A DNA stretch of 64,000 bases, taken from Neodothiora populina (Eukaryota). The notes under the pieces were generated by a model. It ran no database searches. It was given only the letters and a program-made list of their open reading frames with translations, and had not been told where the DNA came from. This document shows, one piece after another, positions 38,916 to 51,681 of this stretch (positions within the stretch are counted from its first letter, which is position 1; the number at the start of each line of letters is the position of its first letter). The position numbers and the translations under genes are program-made. The DNA is taken from contig NW_027191414.1 in the NCBI RefSeq assembly GCF_041146345.1, positions 1,302,001 through 1,366,000 on the forward strand, read 5' to 3'.

Positions 38916-40683
38916 ATGCTTTCGCTGTCAATCTTCGTCTTGAGCGCTTCTTTGGTTTTTCCATATCGCCCAGCAATTGCTTTACCACAACGATGGCCTA
39001 TCAGGTACTCTAACAGTAGTACCGGTGTATCACCTCAAGATCGTGCCAATGCGGTGAAGGTGGTGTTTGAAACCGCTTGGGATGGATACTACAAATACGC
39101 ATTTCCCAATGATGAGCTATATCCCGTGAATAACTCCTTTGGAAACTCTCGGTATGTTGTTCTATCACCAACCGTCTCCCTATGGCAGGTGCTGACAAAG
39201 GGCGGAAAGAAATGGTTGGGGCGCCTCAGCTGTTGACGCTATCACTACCGCGATCTTGATGCAGAATGGAACTATTGTGGATGAAATCCTTGCTCATATA
39301 CCGGAGGTTGACTTCGGCGTGAGTTACCACGATGAGATAGTGAGCGTCTTCGAAACCACGATTAGATACTTGGGTGGTATGTTGTCTGCATATGACCTCC
39401 TTACCGGGCCATTCTCTGGCTTAGCCTCCAATGTATGTGGATCTGATACACAAAGTTTTGTTGTCCTGTAATGACGAGGTATGCCATCTAGAGCTCACAA
39501 GTCGATGCACTTCTTAGCCAGTCTATCAATCTAGCCAATGCCCTCAGCTATGCTTTTGAGACTCCGACAGGTGTTCCGACCAACAACCTGATCTTCGGGA
39601 ATCGCAGCGATGACGGGTCCGAAACCAATGGTATCGCTACGATCGGCACTCTTGTCCTAGAATGGACACGTCTATCTGATCTGACAGGAAACACCACTTA
39701 CGCGGAGCTAGCCCAGAGAGCGGAGTCGTACCTTCTTGAGCCTATGTCCGCACCGGGCGTCAATGGGGAGCCTTGGCCTGGGCTGGTAGGCACCGATGTC
39801 AATATCACGACTGGACAATTCACGGATGGCGTGGGTGGCTGGAATGGAGGCGGCGACAGCTTCTATGAGTATCTCATCAAAGCTCATGTGTATGATTCCA
39901 CTCGATTTAGCGAGTATAAAGACAGGTACATTCCATCCCAGGACTCTGCATCATGGCTCCATTGATCTAGCTGATTCGAATAGATGGGTGCTTGCAGCTC
40001 AATCGACCATGGACTATCTCGGATCCCATCCTAGTAGCCGACCGGATATCACTTTTATTGCAGCTTACAACGAGACCAGACTGAAATACGATTTCTCCCA
40101 CCTTGGTTGTTTTGCTGGCGGCAACTTCATACTGGGAGGTCAACTGCTGAACAACACCATGATGACTACATTTGGTCTCGAAGTTACTGCAGGTTGCCAC
40201 GAAACTTACGTATCAACCGTGACAGGAATTGGACCAGAGGATTTCAGTTGGACAGTCACTGGTGGCAACAGTAGTGCTGTCCCAGCCAACCAAAGCGACT
40301 TTTATGATGCAAATGGGTTTTATATCACTGATTCTTCGTATGAACTTCGACCTGAAGTCATAGAATCGTACTACTACGCCTACCGTGCCACGAACGACAG
40401 CAAATACCAAGACTGGACCTGGGACGCTATTCAAGCAATCAACGCCACCACTCGCGTCAATTCTGGATATTCGGAGATTGCGGACGTGGACGCAGCTGGC
40501 GGAGGAGGATTTATTGGATGGCAGGACAGCTTTTTGTTCGCAGAAGTCCTCAAGTACAGTTACCTGATTTTCACCGCAGGAGGACCCGATGAGCAATTTC
40601 AAGTGCAAGGGCCTGGCTCGATGCAGGGTTGGGTGTTCAATACCGAAGCGCATCCCTTGAAAGTAGCAGGGCCTCAGGTCTAG
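38916..40683 (+). CDS. Secreted class I alpha-1,2-mannosidase (GH47); 4 exons
   Basis: [83 protein letters not shown]; signal peptide. Confidence 0.95.
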
Positions 40684-41155
40684 TCCTCACATAGCGCCGT
40701 ATGGCATGAACAGTCTTCACGTTTTAGTCCGAGTGGCGAGGAAATGTAATAGTGAATTCTCATAAAGGGCTTCAACGTGCATGAGATCAAGGGAGGTGCG
40801 CCACACGGCTAGCATAAGATGTCTTTTCGAACAGGCAATCCCGAGCACAGTGTTTGTATAAAGCCATCCACCCAGTAAACAGCCCAGAACGATCACCAGC
40901 CCATGGCCACAACAGAAAAACCTAGTGCATGTACTTCTCCCTCATCAGCCCGGAAAACACCCAAAAGAAACGCCACTCGATCTAGCTCAATCCCGGCATG
41001 TGAAAAGAAGAAGAGAAAAGCAAAGCAGAAGAAACCTCCTCGAGTCGAGCACCCGCCGAACGCCGCTCAAAGAAACCTCGTCCTCAACCTCGACACCTCC
41101 CTAGTCTCACACCACGCCCGCTTACGCAGCGGCTATAAAAGCAACAAAGCCGTCA

Positions 41156-42528
41156 TCAAACACCGACTCCCCCATCACCCAACAAGATACCCACAACGAA
41201 AGCCCCGACAAGTCCACTGTAAAGCACAGCAGCGCGGGAAAGACTCAGCGAGTTGGCGCCGCCTAGGTAGCTGACCACTGCGCCGCTGTAGCCGCCGCTC
41301 AGGGGACTGCTGCTGTTGCTGTCGGTACTGTTGGTACTGGTAGTAGTGGCTGTCGCTGGGGAGAGCGGAAGCGTGGTGTTCTGGGTGGAGGTTGTCGTGT
41401 TGTGGGTGTAGCTTGAGGCGGAGGTCGAGGAGGAGAGGGGGGCAGTTAGGTTGCTGTAGCCGCCGTTCTGGGGACTACTGCCGTTACTGTTGATGCTGTC
41501 CGTACTGTCGGTACTTTCGGTACTGCTGGTGGTAGTAGCTGTCGCTGGGGCGAGGGGAAGGGTTGTTTCCTGGGCGGAGGTTGTTGTGTTGCGGGTATAG
41601 CTGGAGGCGGAGGTCGAGGAGGAGAAGGGGGAGGTTAGATTTGTAAAGGGGATTGTAGTTGGGGTGATGGGGCTAGAAAGGGGAGTTATGGTTGTTGTTG
41701 TTGTCGTGGTGTCGGTGTGGTATATAGTGGTTGTTCTGTGCGTGCGAGTAGTTGTGCTTATGTCTGAACTTATGTTGGTCGCATAAGTCGTGGTGGAGCC
41801 AGGGGATGGCGTGGTAGTGGTAGTGGTAGCGGTTGCTGGAGGCGTAGCACCGAAGTAGCTATAAGTGGTCACATCGCCTGTTGGACTAATGCATACATCC
41901 GAGCTCATCAAAGTCGGAGAAGCGATTAGAGATACGTTGCTGCTAGTGTTACCTGCCATAGGAAGAGTTGTGGCCTCTTCAGTCGATGTAGCAGAATAAC
42001 CAAAGAAGGTAGTCGGCAAAGGATCGTAGGACAAGCCCAAGCTAGAAGTGAGCGTGTCCAGGCTTGCAGTACTAGCCAGAGCAATAGCGGTCTGGAGATG
42101 AGTAGTAACAGTAGTTGTAGAGGCGTAAATTGTGCTGGTAATCGTGGTTGTGGTTGTGGTTGTGGTCTCGTCACTGCCAGCAACCAGGTCGACACCAGAT
42201 GCCAGATCGTTAGCTACTTGACCTCGTCAGTGATGTATTCTCACACAAAGCAGGTTTAGCACCAGTTTTGGTCGCTCTAGTTGCAGACAATGAAGACATC
42301 GCGTTTGTTCTTGTAGTAAGAGCCTCGCAGTTCCTCGCATTTCAAAGGTCATTCATCTGTGTATCTTCTTGCCTACGGATAGAACGGTGATGTATAACAG
42401 CAGGCGGAAAGACGTTCGAGCGGCAGACTGATTGCAAAAATCACACCGAACACAAGGTAAAAGCTTACCTTGACTGAAGCCCACGGCGACAAGGAGGTTG
42501 ACGAGAAGGAAAATCATGCTTGACATGT
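41156..42528 (-). CDS. Ser/Thr-rich GPI-anchored cell-wall (mucin-like) protein; main exon about 41156-42172, upstream exons uncertain
   Basis: Thr/Ser-rich 294+ aa ORF ending in a hydrophobic GPI-like tail; a probable signal exon MSSMIFLLVNLLVAVGFSQ followed by GTAAGC at about 42470-42528. Confidence 0.7.
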
Positions 42529-44332
42529 TGTCGGTAAGTCTGTAGTGAGTGTAATGGTCTTTCGGGGGTAATAAACTGATTTTTGTGCGTGCGATACGAG
42601 AGATTGTGATATTGTTGTGCTGAGGTAGGGAGACTTAGTTGTTTCTCTTCGAGATGTTCCTCTTATACAAACGTGACACGAGCATGTGCGCTTAGCAGTG
42701 CGATGTCTGCTTCATCTTGCTTCAACTCCACTTGGCTTGTTCCCCCTTAATGTAGAAATAGGAGATCCTGCGCCGAAGAGAATAAGAAGACTCACAGCAG
42801 TGATTTTAATAAAGTGATAAAGGGGAACAGGACGTGATATAGCAATCTGACCACTTGCCTCGCTGGCTGATTTTATATTCCGTCCAAAAGAGCACCTGCG
42901 GATTCTGCTTTTACCTTGTATGACTTACTGGTACATGGAGTGTTTGGTGATACGTGCTCAATCTCCTATCACATGCTCCTCTTCCAACAAAAACTCCATA
43001 GCATCAGCTATTTAATGGTCCGGCATTTACACCCTACCTTTCCTGTAGCACTAAGTCATACAATCCAAACACGATTGTCTTCCTAGTACTAGGCCTGTTC
43101 TTACCAGGGACAAAGGTGGTATAGCGCTTAGCAGTAAACGACCTCCTAGCTATATTCTTAGTACTCCTCTGAACACACATTGTCTGCTGAGTCTCTGTGA
43201 CAAGTGAGCTCCTACAAGTGTAACAAGTACACTATAAACAAGAGCTTCTTCGAAGTGGATAACGAAGTACGTTCCTTGCAGGCTTACTTGACCTCTGTCC
43301 ATAAAGTCTGCATTCACTGCTCCCTATAGACCAGTGGTTTCTCTAAATGCTATGAGCACGCAAAGCGTTATCGAGCAACTCGCAGTGATTTGACCACTTG
43401 CACCTGCGGGGCTCCCGATGTTTACATCTTTACGTCAACAGAGTGCTTGCTGCACGTGCAAGCAGAATCTCGAACAGTCGCAGTCTACTTTGCTAGGAAC
43501 AAGGTTATATGACTACCCGTATCGCGGGTGTTCGGGCGCGTCGGAAGAGATCAACATCAGATCTGAGAGGGGATGTCCTTCACACTTGCTAATGTCGAGT
43601 CTCAAACGGCTGGTCCTGTAGCGGGATGATTATTCTGAGGCGTTGCGCAATCAGCTGGTCCGAGTTTCGATCCAGCTGCCGAACGAAGCCCAAAGTGCTA
43701 TAAGTTCCGATCGAACCGCACTATTCAGCAACTGAGTTTAAGAAATGTGGCGCACGGCGTTAATCTGCAATAGTCGGTACTACTACCGAGTTGCTAGTGT
43801 ACAATTACCGCTGACGAGCTTTAGCACGTAAAGTGCTTTGCAGTGCTTTTGCTGTTATTGTCCTAGTTCACCAACCTCTTTGTTCTGATATGCAGAGTTG
43901 TGTCGGTCATGATCGCAGCAAGTCGGTCGGTCGCTTGGTCCATGCCACTCGTGATGGATCAAGTCCCGTCTGGGGTGCCCAATCTTCTTGTCATATCAAC
44001 GTGTACGTGAAACGATTCTCCAATTTTCCGTGTGGATGGGGGATGTTACCGAGGAACAGGGAACCAGTGGGTCTGCTATGCTCCATAACGGCTTGTTGTC
44101 CCAAACCAGGCCACGAAGGGTTTATGCATAATCAATTAGATATCCGACCACCTGACAATCGACTGTTGATCGCTCTTGATCAAGGTCTCTTATCACCTCC
44201 AAGGACACCTAGTTATTGTTCCGTAAAGCTGTATTCATCTCGCAGTCTTCTACACTGTCTCGCGATTGTTGCTGGTCCCGAGAAGCCTCCCAACATTCCT
44301 TGTTAAAGAACGCCGGAAGCACCTTGTGCATC

Positions 44333-45566
44333 ATGCCTACACCTGTGCCGTCAAGCCAAGCTCACGATGACCTATACGAGACAGTCGAAGAATATGGCCG
44401 GACTTTCCTAAGGACCAAAAGTGCGGATGCTTGCAGTTGAGAAAAGAAGTCGACCTTAGGATCTAACAAGCGTGTGCAGAGTACAGTCTACCAAATGATG
44501 CTCAAGAACAGGATAGACTAGGTAAATTTCTCGTCACATGAAAGTGACGGACCCGGATTCGTCCCGGCGATTGCTGACGTGAAGCTGATTCGATTCAGAT
44601 GTTCAACATGCAATGTGTCTTGAGATACTGGGCAACCGCTTGGCTTTAGCTCCTGTGGATGATAAGCCTCTAGAGAATGTCCTAGATCTGGCGACCGGTG
44701 AGCAATGGATTCATTATAGATCGCCCCAGATCTATCGTACTCATGTTACTGCGCAGGGACCGGGATTTGGGCCATGGAATATGGTCAGTGTGTCCATCGG
44801 AACGAAAAGTTCAACTTGATTGATATGGTAACAGCGAAGCGTCACCCGTCGACCAAAGTAGTGGGTACAGACTTGAGTCGCGTTGATGAACAAGGGTAGG
44901 ATACATCTCCAGTATTGACCCCATCTTCTAACAGCGATCTCGCTATAAGATTCTCACACTGGTGTATCTTCTAGCAAACCGTCAAACTGCACATTCTTGA
45001 TCGCCGATGCTGATGAAGACTGGAACTCGAAGAGACATTGGAACTTCATCCACGCTCGGGCAATTCTGACATGTTTCACCGATCCCAAATCAATCATCCA
45101 GAAAGCCTACGATAACCTGGCTCCAGGAGGGTATCTTGAACTGCAGGATCCGATCCTACCCTGGAAATTCGCAAGTCCTCCACCTGAGAACAGCGCTTTT
45201 GTACGCTGGAACGAATTGAGCATTGAGGCCTCGATCAAGGGCGGACGGCCGTGGAACAACGTGCAGCATTATCCACGATGGTTCAAGGAAGTGGGCTTCG
45301 AAGAGGTGACCGAGTCAAACTTCTTCGTCCCCACAGGGACATGGACCGACGATCCTAGATATGCACAGGTGGGCACGTGGCAAATGTTGAACCTCAACAT
45401 GGCGCTCGAAGGCTGGACATTTCGAACCCTCGAAAGACTCGGCTGGAAAGCGGAGGAGACGCAGAAGTTGGTTGATGAAGTCAAGGAGGAGTTACAAAGT
45501 GGAGGACTCAAGTCCTATACCACGTTTTCCGTGGTGTATGGAAGAAAGCCAATGGTTTCTCATTAA
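44333..45566 (+). CDS. SAM-dependent methyltransferase, LaeA-like family; about 6 exons
   Basis: Spliced YSLPNDAQEQDRLD, VLDLATG/TGIWAMEY, VVGTDLS, FIHAR, AYDNLAPGGYLELQD, VVYGRKP. Confidence 0.9.
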
Positions 45567-46166
45567 ATAGTGTTAGACACAGCATGGAAAATACTTCATG
45601 TCTATCTTTTTTGGTTCTTGCCCACTTGAGTGCATGGGAAGCAGCCATCGGACAGGATTTACCTCGATTGTAAAGAGGGAATTCACCACCCACCTCAAAT
45701 ATCAACAGGATCGCTCATCTTGAATCATGACAAACTAAAATACCTTACCTAGCAATTTGCCCTGATATAGTAGGGCAGAAGAGATGTAGAAGCAGAAGTA
45801 TAGCAACACCACTAGTGTATCTTCTTTTAAGGACTGAAGAATGCAGTCGCTCATACGCCTTGGCTCAAGCTTTGACACCGAGGTTCGTAAAATCTGTAAC
45901 AATGCCAAACAAGCCTCCAACACAAGTCCTGGAGCTTATTGAGAAGCTGCAGAAAGTCAAAGAAACTTGCTACAGGTATAGTGCCCGGAAGGCTCATGCT
46001 GTATACCAAATGAAATTTATGGGTATCTTGAATCTTGAATCATCGAAGGAGTAGCAGAAAGACTCGACAACAGTCCACGCTTCATCGACCCACACAACAA
46101 CTCCATCCGTCCCTATTATCAACTGCATTAATTCGTCCGAGATTGAGGCGTCAAGGCATGTTCTGT

Positions 46167-47037
46167 TCACATGTTCTCCCTAAACATGCTCCGTCGCTCG
46201 GTCGGACTGTCGTCCTTGGTCTCGAGGCTGTTCTGTCCCCTGTGTCCCTTGCTGCTGGCTCCTGGCTCCGTGTCGGCAAGAGGTCGAGGACTGACGCCTC
46301 TCAAGCTGCTGGCTGAAGCATCATCTCCAAATGGGTTGGATGGTCTTGTGACAGTGGCGCCCGACACGCCCATCTCTTCGTCGTAGCGCTCGTCCAGCTC
46401 TCTCTGTCGACTCTTGCTCCTGCCCCTCTCGACCTCTGCGCCGACAACCTGACCGTAGCCGCTGCCGCCATAAGGGCCGGAATTGGGGTCTTGCAACCCC
46501 AGCTCTTGTTCCTCGTAGTACTCGTTGCCGACTCGGGCATCCCAGGCTTCATCGGGATCCAGGGCACCGAAGCCGTGACGGTTGCGCCCACCGCCGTAGC
46601 CAGTGCTTTCATAACCGCCTCCAGACGTGCGACCAGATCCGCGGATCGCATCGAACTTTTCGGTGAACCAGGCTTTGATGCCAGATGGCGCGGGAGCTGG
46701 CGCTGCGTACGTGTTCCTAGCTCGATCGCGATTGCGCCCGAAAGGATTCAGGCTGGGCGCAGGGAGGCCTAAACGACGAGCGCGGTATTGCGTGAAACTT
46801 TACACGACTAATCAGCGTCCTGGACATGGTCGTGTCGCTTTCGCATTGCATTGGGACACAAGCCGAAGACGAGTGAGAACGGAGAAGCAAGATAGAGGTC
46901 TTGTTTTCAATATTGTCTCCGGAAATCAGATATAACACTTACATGATCCACCCTACGCTCGCAAATATCACAACAATGAATACAACAAGAAAGAAAATAC
47001 CCCATCCGGAGATGCCATGGTCCTCGTGGTCTGCCAT
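46167..47037 (-). CDS. Fungal single-pass membrane protein (241 aa); intron 46798-46942
   Basis: MADHEDHGISGWGIFFLVVFIVVIFASVGWI/IFTQYRARRLGLPAP...GFGALDPDEAWDARV, continuing in frame into ORF 46167-46496. Confidence 0.8.
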
Positions 47038-47827
47038 AAGTCGTGTCGAGCGCGCATCAAACGCGCAATCGCTGGAGTTGAGAATAAGGTCAAATGTCGC
47101 GATGTGAAAGTGAGTTCTCGTCTTCTAACAAGACGCGTTGGACTTCGTCAACCGTTATAGTCTTTGCGGACTGGTGGGCTTAGAAAGGGAGAAAAGGCTG
47201 CAACTTTGCTGCGCCTTGGTCTTTTTGTGCTGTGCCGGGCTGGACGAAGATATGGGAAGCACACACAAAGAGCTGAAACGCAGTGTGTTGTGTGCACAGG
47301 TACAACTTCTCCCGCTCTGGTGACGCCTCGTTCCCCCCAATGATAATCTACTGTAGGTACCTAAGTTAATCTGCGAAGTCGCCAGCAGCCAGTCGTTACA
47401 CTTCCGTACTTGTACCTTGTAAGCCACTTTAGGTGATATGAGCCAAAGCGACGATTAATGAGCTTCGCCGTGCCTTACCACCTTAGCTGCCTCACCTGGT
47501 TTGACTGTATCCTCCCTCACCTAGACTGTACGACGACGTCAGAGCTTGGCACCTCCGAAGAGTCCGACTGGATGTTTGGAACGACTTGGTATAAGGTGTC
47601 CACGCGTAGCTCTCTGACCGGTCGATCATCTGTACTCTACTGCCTGATGTCGAATGGTGGTACTGCACTGCACTGCATGCCAATGGCCGGCCTTGCTTAC
47701 TGCATCACGGGTCAATGTTGATATGTTATGTTTATCACAGGGTGAATGTTGTTAGAGATTATGGACATGAAATGTGCTTCTCTTTTCCTTCTTGATCATA
47801 CCGTCGAAACAGCAACTGTCGGGTAAT

Positions 47828-49079
47828 ATGGCCAGTGTAGCTAAATACAACTCGCAATGTAAGTGTATGCCTGGCTTCACGAATAGCACGTTGCAGATAA
47901 GGCGGATCATATCATGCTTTCAAAGATTATTGCTGCTGGCACTACTGCGGTCGGGGCTAGCCTCAGCAGTGACATTTGCTTACGGATATCTCTGCAGACG
48001 GTTGGCGTCAAGTCCATGTAGTCATTTCAGTGGCATCAGGCACACGTCAAGCCGAGGACTTTTACAAAAGCAAGATCGCACCTTTATTAGGAAACATCAA
48101 GGTCGAATATCAGAGCCATACTACCACCTCGGCCGACAGCATTATTGAGCTGACTACTGATGTCTTCATCCCTAATGCTGAAAGGGGCATACCCCAGACA
48201 ATATTGTTGCTTTCTGGTGACGGAGGCATGGTCGACATCGTGAACACATTCATGAACACGCCTACATTCAGCGATCGAGACCGGCAGCAATACTGCAAAC
48301 CTATCATTGCCATCTTCCCACTCGGCACAGGCAATGCACTTGCCAGCTCTTTGAAAGTCGAGGCAGATGACGCCGCGAGCATCACCGCTTTGCTTGATGG
48401 AACTCCTCGAAGCCTACCAATCTTCCGAGCTAAGGTGTCTCCCGGAGCCCGTCTGCTAACCAACGAAGCCAGAGACGAAGTCGTGCTTCCTCAGAACGCA
48501 GCTTGGGGCTGTGTGGTCTGCAGCTGGGGACTACATGCGTCTTTGGTCGCCGACAGCGACACAGCCGAATGCCGCAAGCATGGCGCGCAGCGTTTCGCCA
48601 TGGCCGCCAAGGAAAACCTGTTCCCTGCAGACGGACAGGTCGCGCACTCGTACGCCGGGCGAGTGTCTGTTTTGCGCAAGAATGAGGGCGACTGGGAAGA
48701 ATTGGAGAGAAAGCATCATGCCTACGTGCTCGCCACACTCGTGAGTAACCTCGAAAAGACTTTTACCATATCTCCCGAGTCGAAGCCACTAGACGGGAAG
48801 TTGCGGCTGGTGCATTTCGGGCCCATGGACGGCGATGCGGTAATGGAGATCATGAAAGCCGCATACGACAACGGCAAGCATGTGCAAGATCCCGATGTGA
48901 GCTATGAAGCTATTCAAGGCGTGCGTATAGACTTTGACGAAGAGGACGCAAGATGGAGACGTATCTGTGTCGACGGCAAGATTATCGGGGTCGAAACGGG
49001 TGGCTATGTAGAGGTGACCAAGGAAGCCGAGGACGTGTTGGATGTTTTGGTTTGCGAGATGATTGGGCATCAATACTGA
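47828..49079 (+). CDS. Diacylglycerol/sphingosine kinase catalytic-domain protein; 5' end uncertain
   Basis: VVISVASGT, LSGDGGMVD, PLGTGNALA, PLDGKLRL, ICVDG. A possible first exon ATG 47828 would splice from 47859 to 47997. Confidence 0.85.
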
Positions 49080-49979
49080 GATGTCTAGTGGTTGAACCTC
49101 TCTTTAGATGTGATAGATTATGACAAGGATGCGTTTCTCGGCCTATTGCGAGTTCTTTTCTGCCAGCGATGCATTCGTTTGAAATGGCGGTATCCTCCTT
49201 TTTGGTCTTACAGAGGGACGCATGGAGTGGAGATCAGGCCGCAGGTAATGATTATTGCGGTCAAAGGCAAGGGAAATATGTATGCGACGACCACAGACTC
49301 TGCCACCTCGAATCTCCAGAGCCGCGTGGAACTCTATATTGCCAACTGCAACGACCCTATGATGAAGATGAAACCAAGAAAAAGAGAAAAGCCATTGTTG
49401 CTGCCAGTAAGCCTTTTCTCGAGTAATCAACCTGTAAGGCTATCAGCCAGATTTCAGCTGGTATTCTGCAATGCAAAGTATCGGCTTTTCCAGTTCATAG
49501 TAAGGTACGTACCTACCTGAAGGTAAGGTATGTTATCAAGGCAGGCTAAGGTACTTTAACCACCCGCACCAGCAAGCAAGCAAGCAAGCAAGCTTTCGGC
49601 TCCACTACTACTGCTCCTCCTCACACCACCATGGCCAGGGCCAGCGCATAAGCATGACAACCACAGACTGCATGCCTAGGTACTAATCCAAGCAAGCCCG
49701 AGATTACTCCTGACCAGCTCTTTCTATGAATTAACAAATAGTTCTGAATTTCTCCACGTCGCGACTTGTTACTGTTTGCTTGTCGCGCATTTAATCACTT
49801 GGTAATTTGAGACGAGTCGTGGGATTGAAGTAAGGGTTATATATAGTTACGTGTATCGGGGCCATTATTGTGCACTGCGAGGGTTTCTGGACTGAACATC
49901 GACTTCTTTCGACTCGAGTTGCTCCGAGATCTCATCGAGGAAAGCAGTCGAAAGAGACGAGAAGCATAGAAAAGGAAAG

Positions 49980-51104
49980 ATGTGTATAGCGATATTGTGC
50001 ACTTCGCACCCGGACTATCCCTTCATCTTGATAAACAACCGCGACGTAAGACCAACCCTCTCTCCTTTTCCAACCCTCTTCCCTCGTTTCTTTCCCATCA
50101 TTGCGCCACAAACAAAAGTCCACAGCGTGAACCACAAGAAAAGTAAACTAAAAATCGCCAACCTCTGCGCCCGGCGTGCTCACCCATACATACAGGAATA
50201 CCTGACGCGCCCCACCGCGCGCGCCGCCTTCTGGGAGCCTCCCCATCAACACGTCCTCGGCGGGCGCGATCTCTTGCGTTCCGTCCGCGGCACATGGCTC
50301 GGCATGACGCGGCAGGGCCGAATCGCGGTTCTGACAAACTACCGCGAGGACCAAGGCAAGGAAGTGTGCGGGCTCAAAAGCCGCGGCGCGATGGTCAATT
50401 CGTATCTGACCACCGAGCCGCACAGCAGGGAGTCGACGGAGGAGTTCGCGCGCAGACTGGTTGAGGATGTAGGCGTTGGTGATGTCGGGGGGTTCACGCT
50501 TTGTTTTGGACGACTTGCGCCGTCTGGGCAAGGGGACGGTGACAGGCGGGGTCTGGCGATCGTGTCGAATCGGAGTCTGGATGTGGGTGATGTCACTTGG
50601 TTGGCTGAACGGCCTGGGGAAGTCGTGGGATTGAGCAATTCGCACTTCGGAGATACGACGTGGCCAAAGGTCGTTCGGGGCGAGTCGTTGGTTCGAGAGG
50701 CGGTCGAGGCGAATGTGCGACTGGCTGCTGCCGGCAAGGAAGATCTTTTGGACAGGTTGTTCGGCGTCTTGAGTTCTGATACTCTGCCTCGACGCAAGAA
50801 CGGAGAAGACTGGGAGACGTATCTCGGGCAGCTGAGGAACAGTATCTTCATCCCGAAGCTCGGCGGTGAGAATATCGAAGAGAACTCGGCCGATGTCGTC
50901 GCTGCTGCTGCGGATCAGAACGAAAAGCCAGTCGTCGTCACGAGTGGAGACGGACACTATGCCACGCAGAAGCAGACGGCCATTTTGGTCAGTAAGGAGG
51001 GGACGGCGACGTTTGTCGAGAAGACGCTTTATGATGAGCAGTGTCGGCCGCTGCAAGATGACAAGGTCGAGTACACGTTTGATATCGAGGGATGGGGGAT
51101 GTGA
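49980..51104 (+). CDS. TANGO2/NRDE (DUF833) family protein; intron 50046-50195
   Basis: N-terminal MCI, NNRD/EYLTRPT across the intron, GGRDL, GTWLG, LTNYRE, SRG, GLSNS, WPKV, YATQKQT. Confidence 0.9.
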   Translation: MCIAILCTSHPDYPFILINNRDVRPTLSPFPTLFPRFFPIIAPQTKVHSVNHKKSKLKIANLCARRAHPYIQEYLTRPTARAAFWEPPHQHVLGGRDLLRSVRGTWLGMTRQGRIAVLTNYREDQGKEVCGLKSRGAMVNSYLTTEPHSRESTEEFARRLVEDVGVGDVGGFTLCFGRLAPSGQGDGDRRGLAIVSNRSLDVGDVTWLAERPGEVVGLSNSHFGDTTWPKVVRGESLVREAVEANVRLAAAGKEDLLDRLFGVLSSDTLPRRKNGEDWETYLGQLRNSIFIPKLGGENIEENSADVVAAAADQNEKPVVVTSGDGHYATQKQTAILVSKEGTATFVEKTLYDEQCRPLQDDKVEYTFDIEGWGM

Positions 51105-51363
51105 TGGGTGGGTAATTGCCCCTGTTGGTATCTACCTTGTGAGGTGTTTCCTGTTGCCAGACGCGGCTGAGCTATAGATCTATAGAAGAGTGAATGGTAC
51201 TCGACGATGGTCCACCGAGCCATTACGTGTCACTTTACCTTACACGCAGGAAGGCACTCGTTATACATGGGACGCAGAACAGCTAGGCAGAGTAGATAGC
51301 CATAGTGATGCATGAGTATACATATAGAGATAAGCAACAACAGAAAAGGACACAGCAGGCAGG

Positions 51364-51649
51364 CTACACAATCTTCCTCGTGACCCTCCGATTCTCCCTC
51401 TGCCGCGCAACCTTCATGACCTCTCTCCTGCGCTTCTTCCACGCTCTGTTGCTATCGCCTCTGTTCTCCCAGAACCATTTTGCAAAGGGCGTCTCGTGTT
51501 TCGCTCCGGCTGCAGCTGTGTCTTCTTCTTCCTTCTCGTCGTCATCGGCGAAACTCTTGCGCGTGCCGACTGGGAGGTAGTTGACAGCCGCCATTTCGTC
51601 AGTTTCGTTCTCGTCTTCTTCATAGATGTCTTCTTCGTCGTAGGTGGAG

Positions 51650-51681
<32 letters not shown>

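Noticed and set aside
45815..46054. 79-aa ORF between convergent genes
   Set aside because: No motifs; probably spurious or a decayed fragment.
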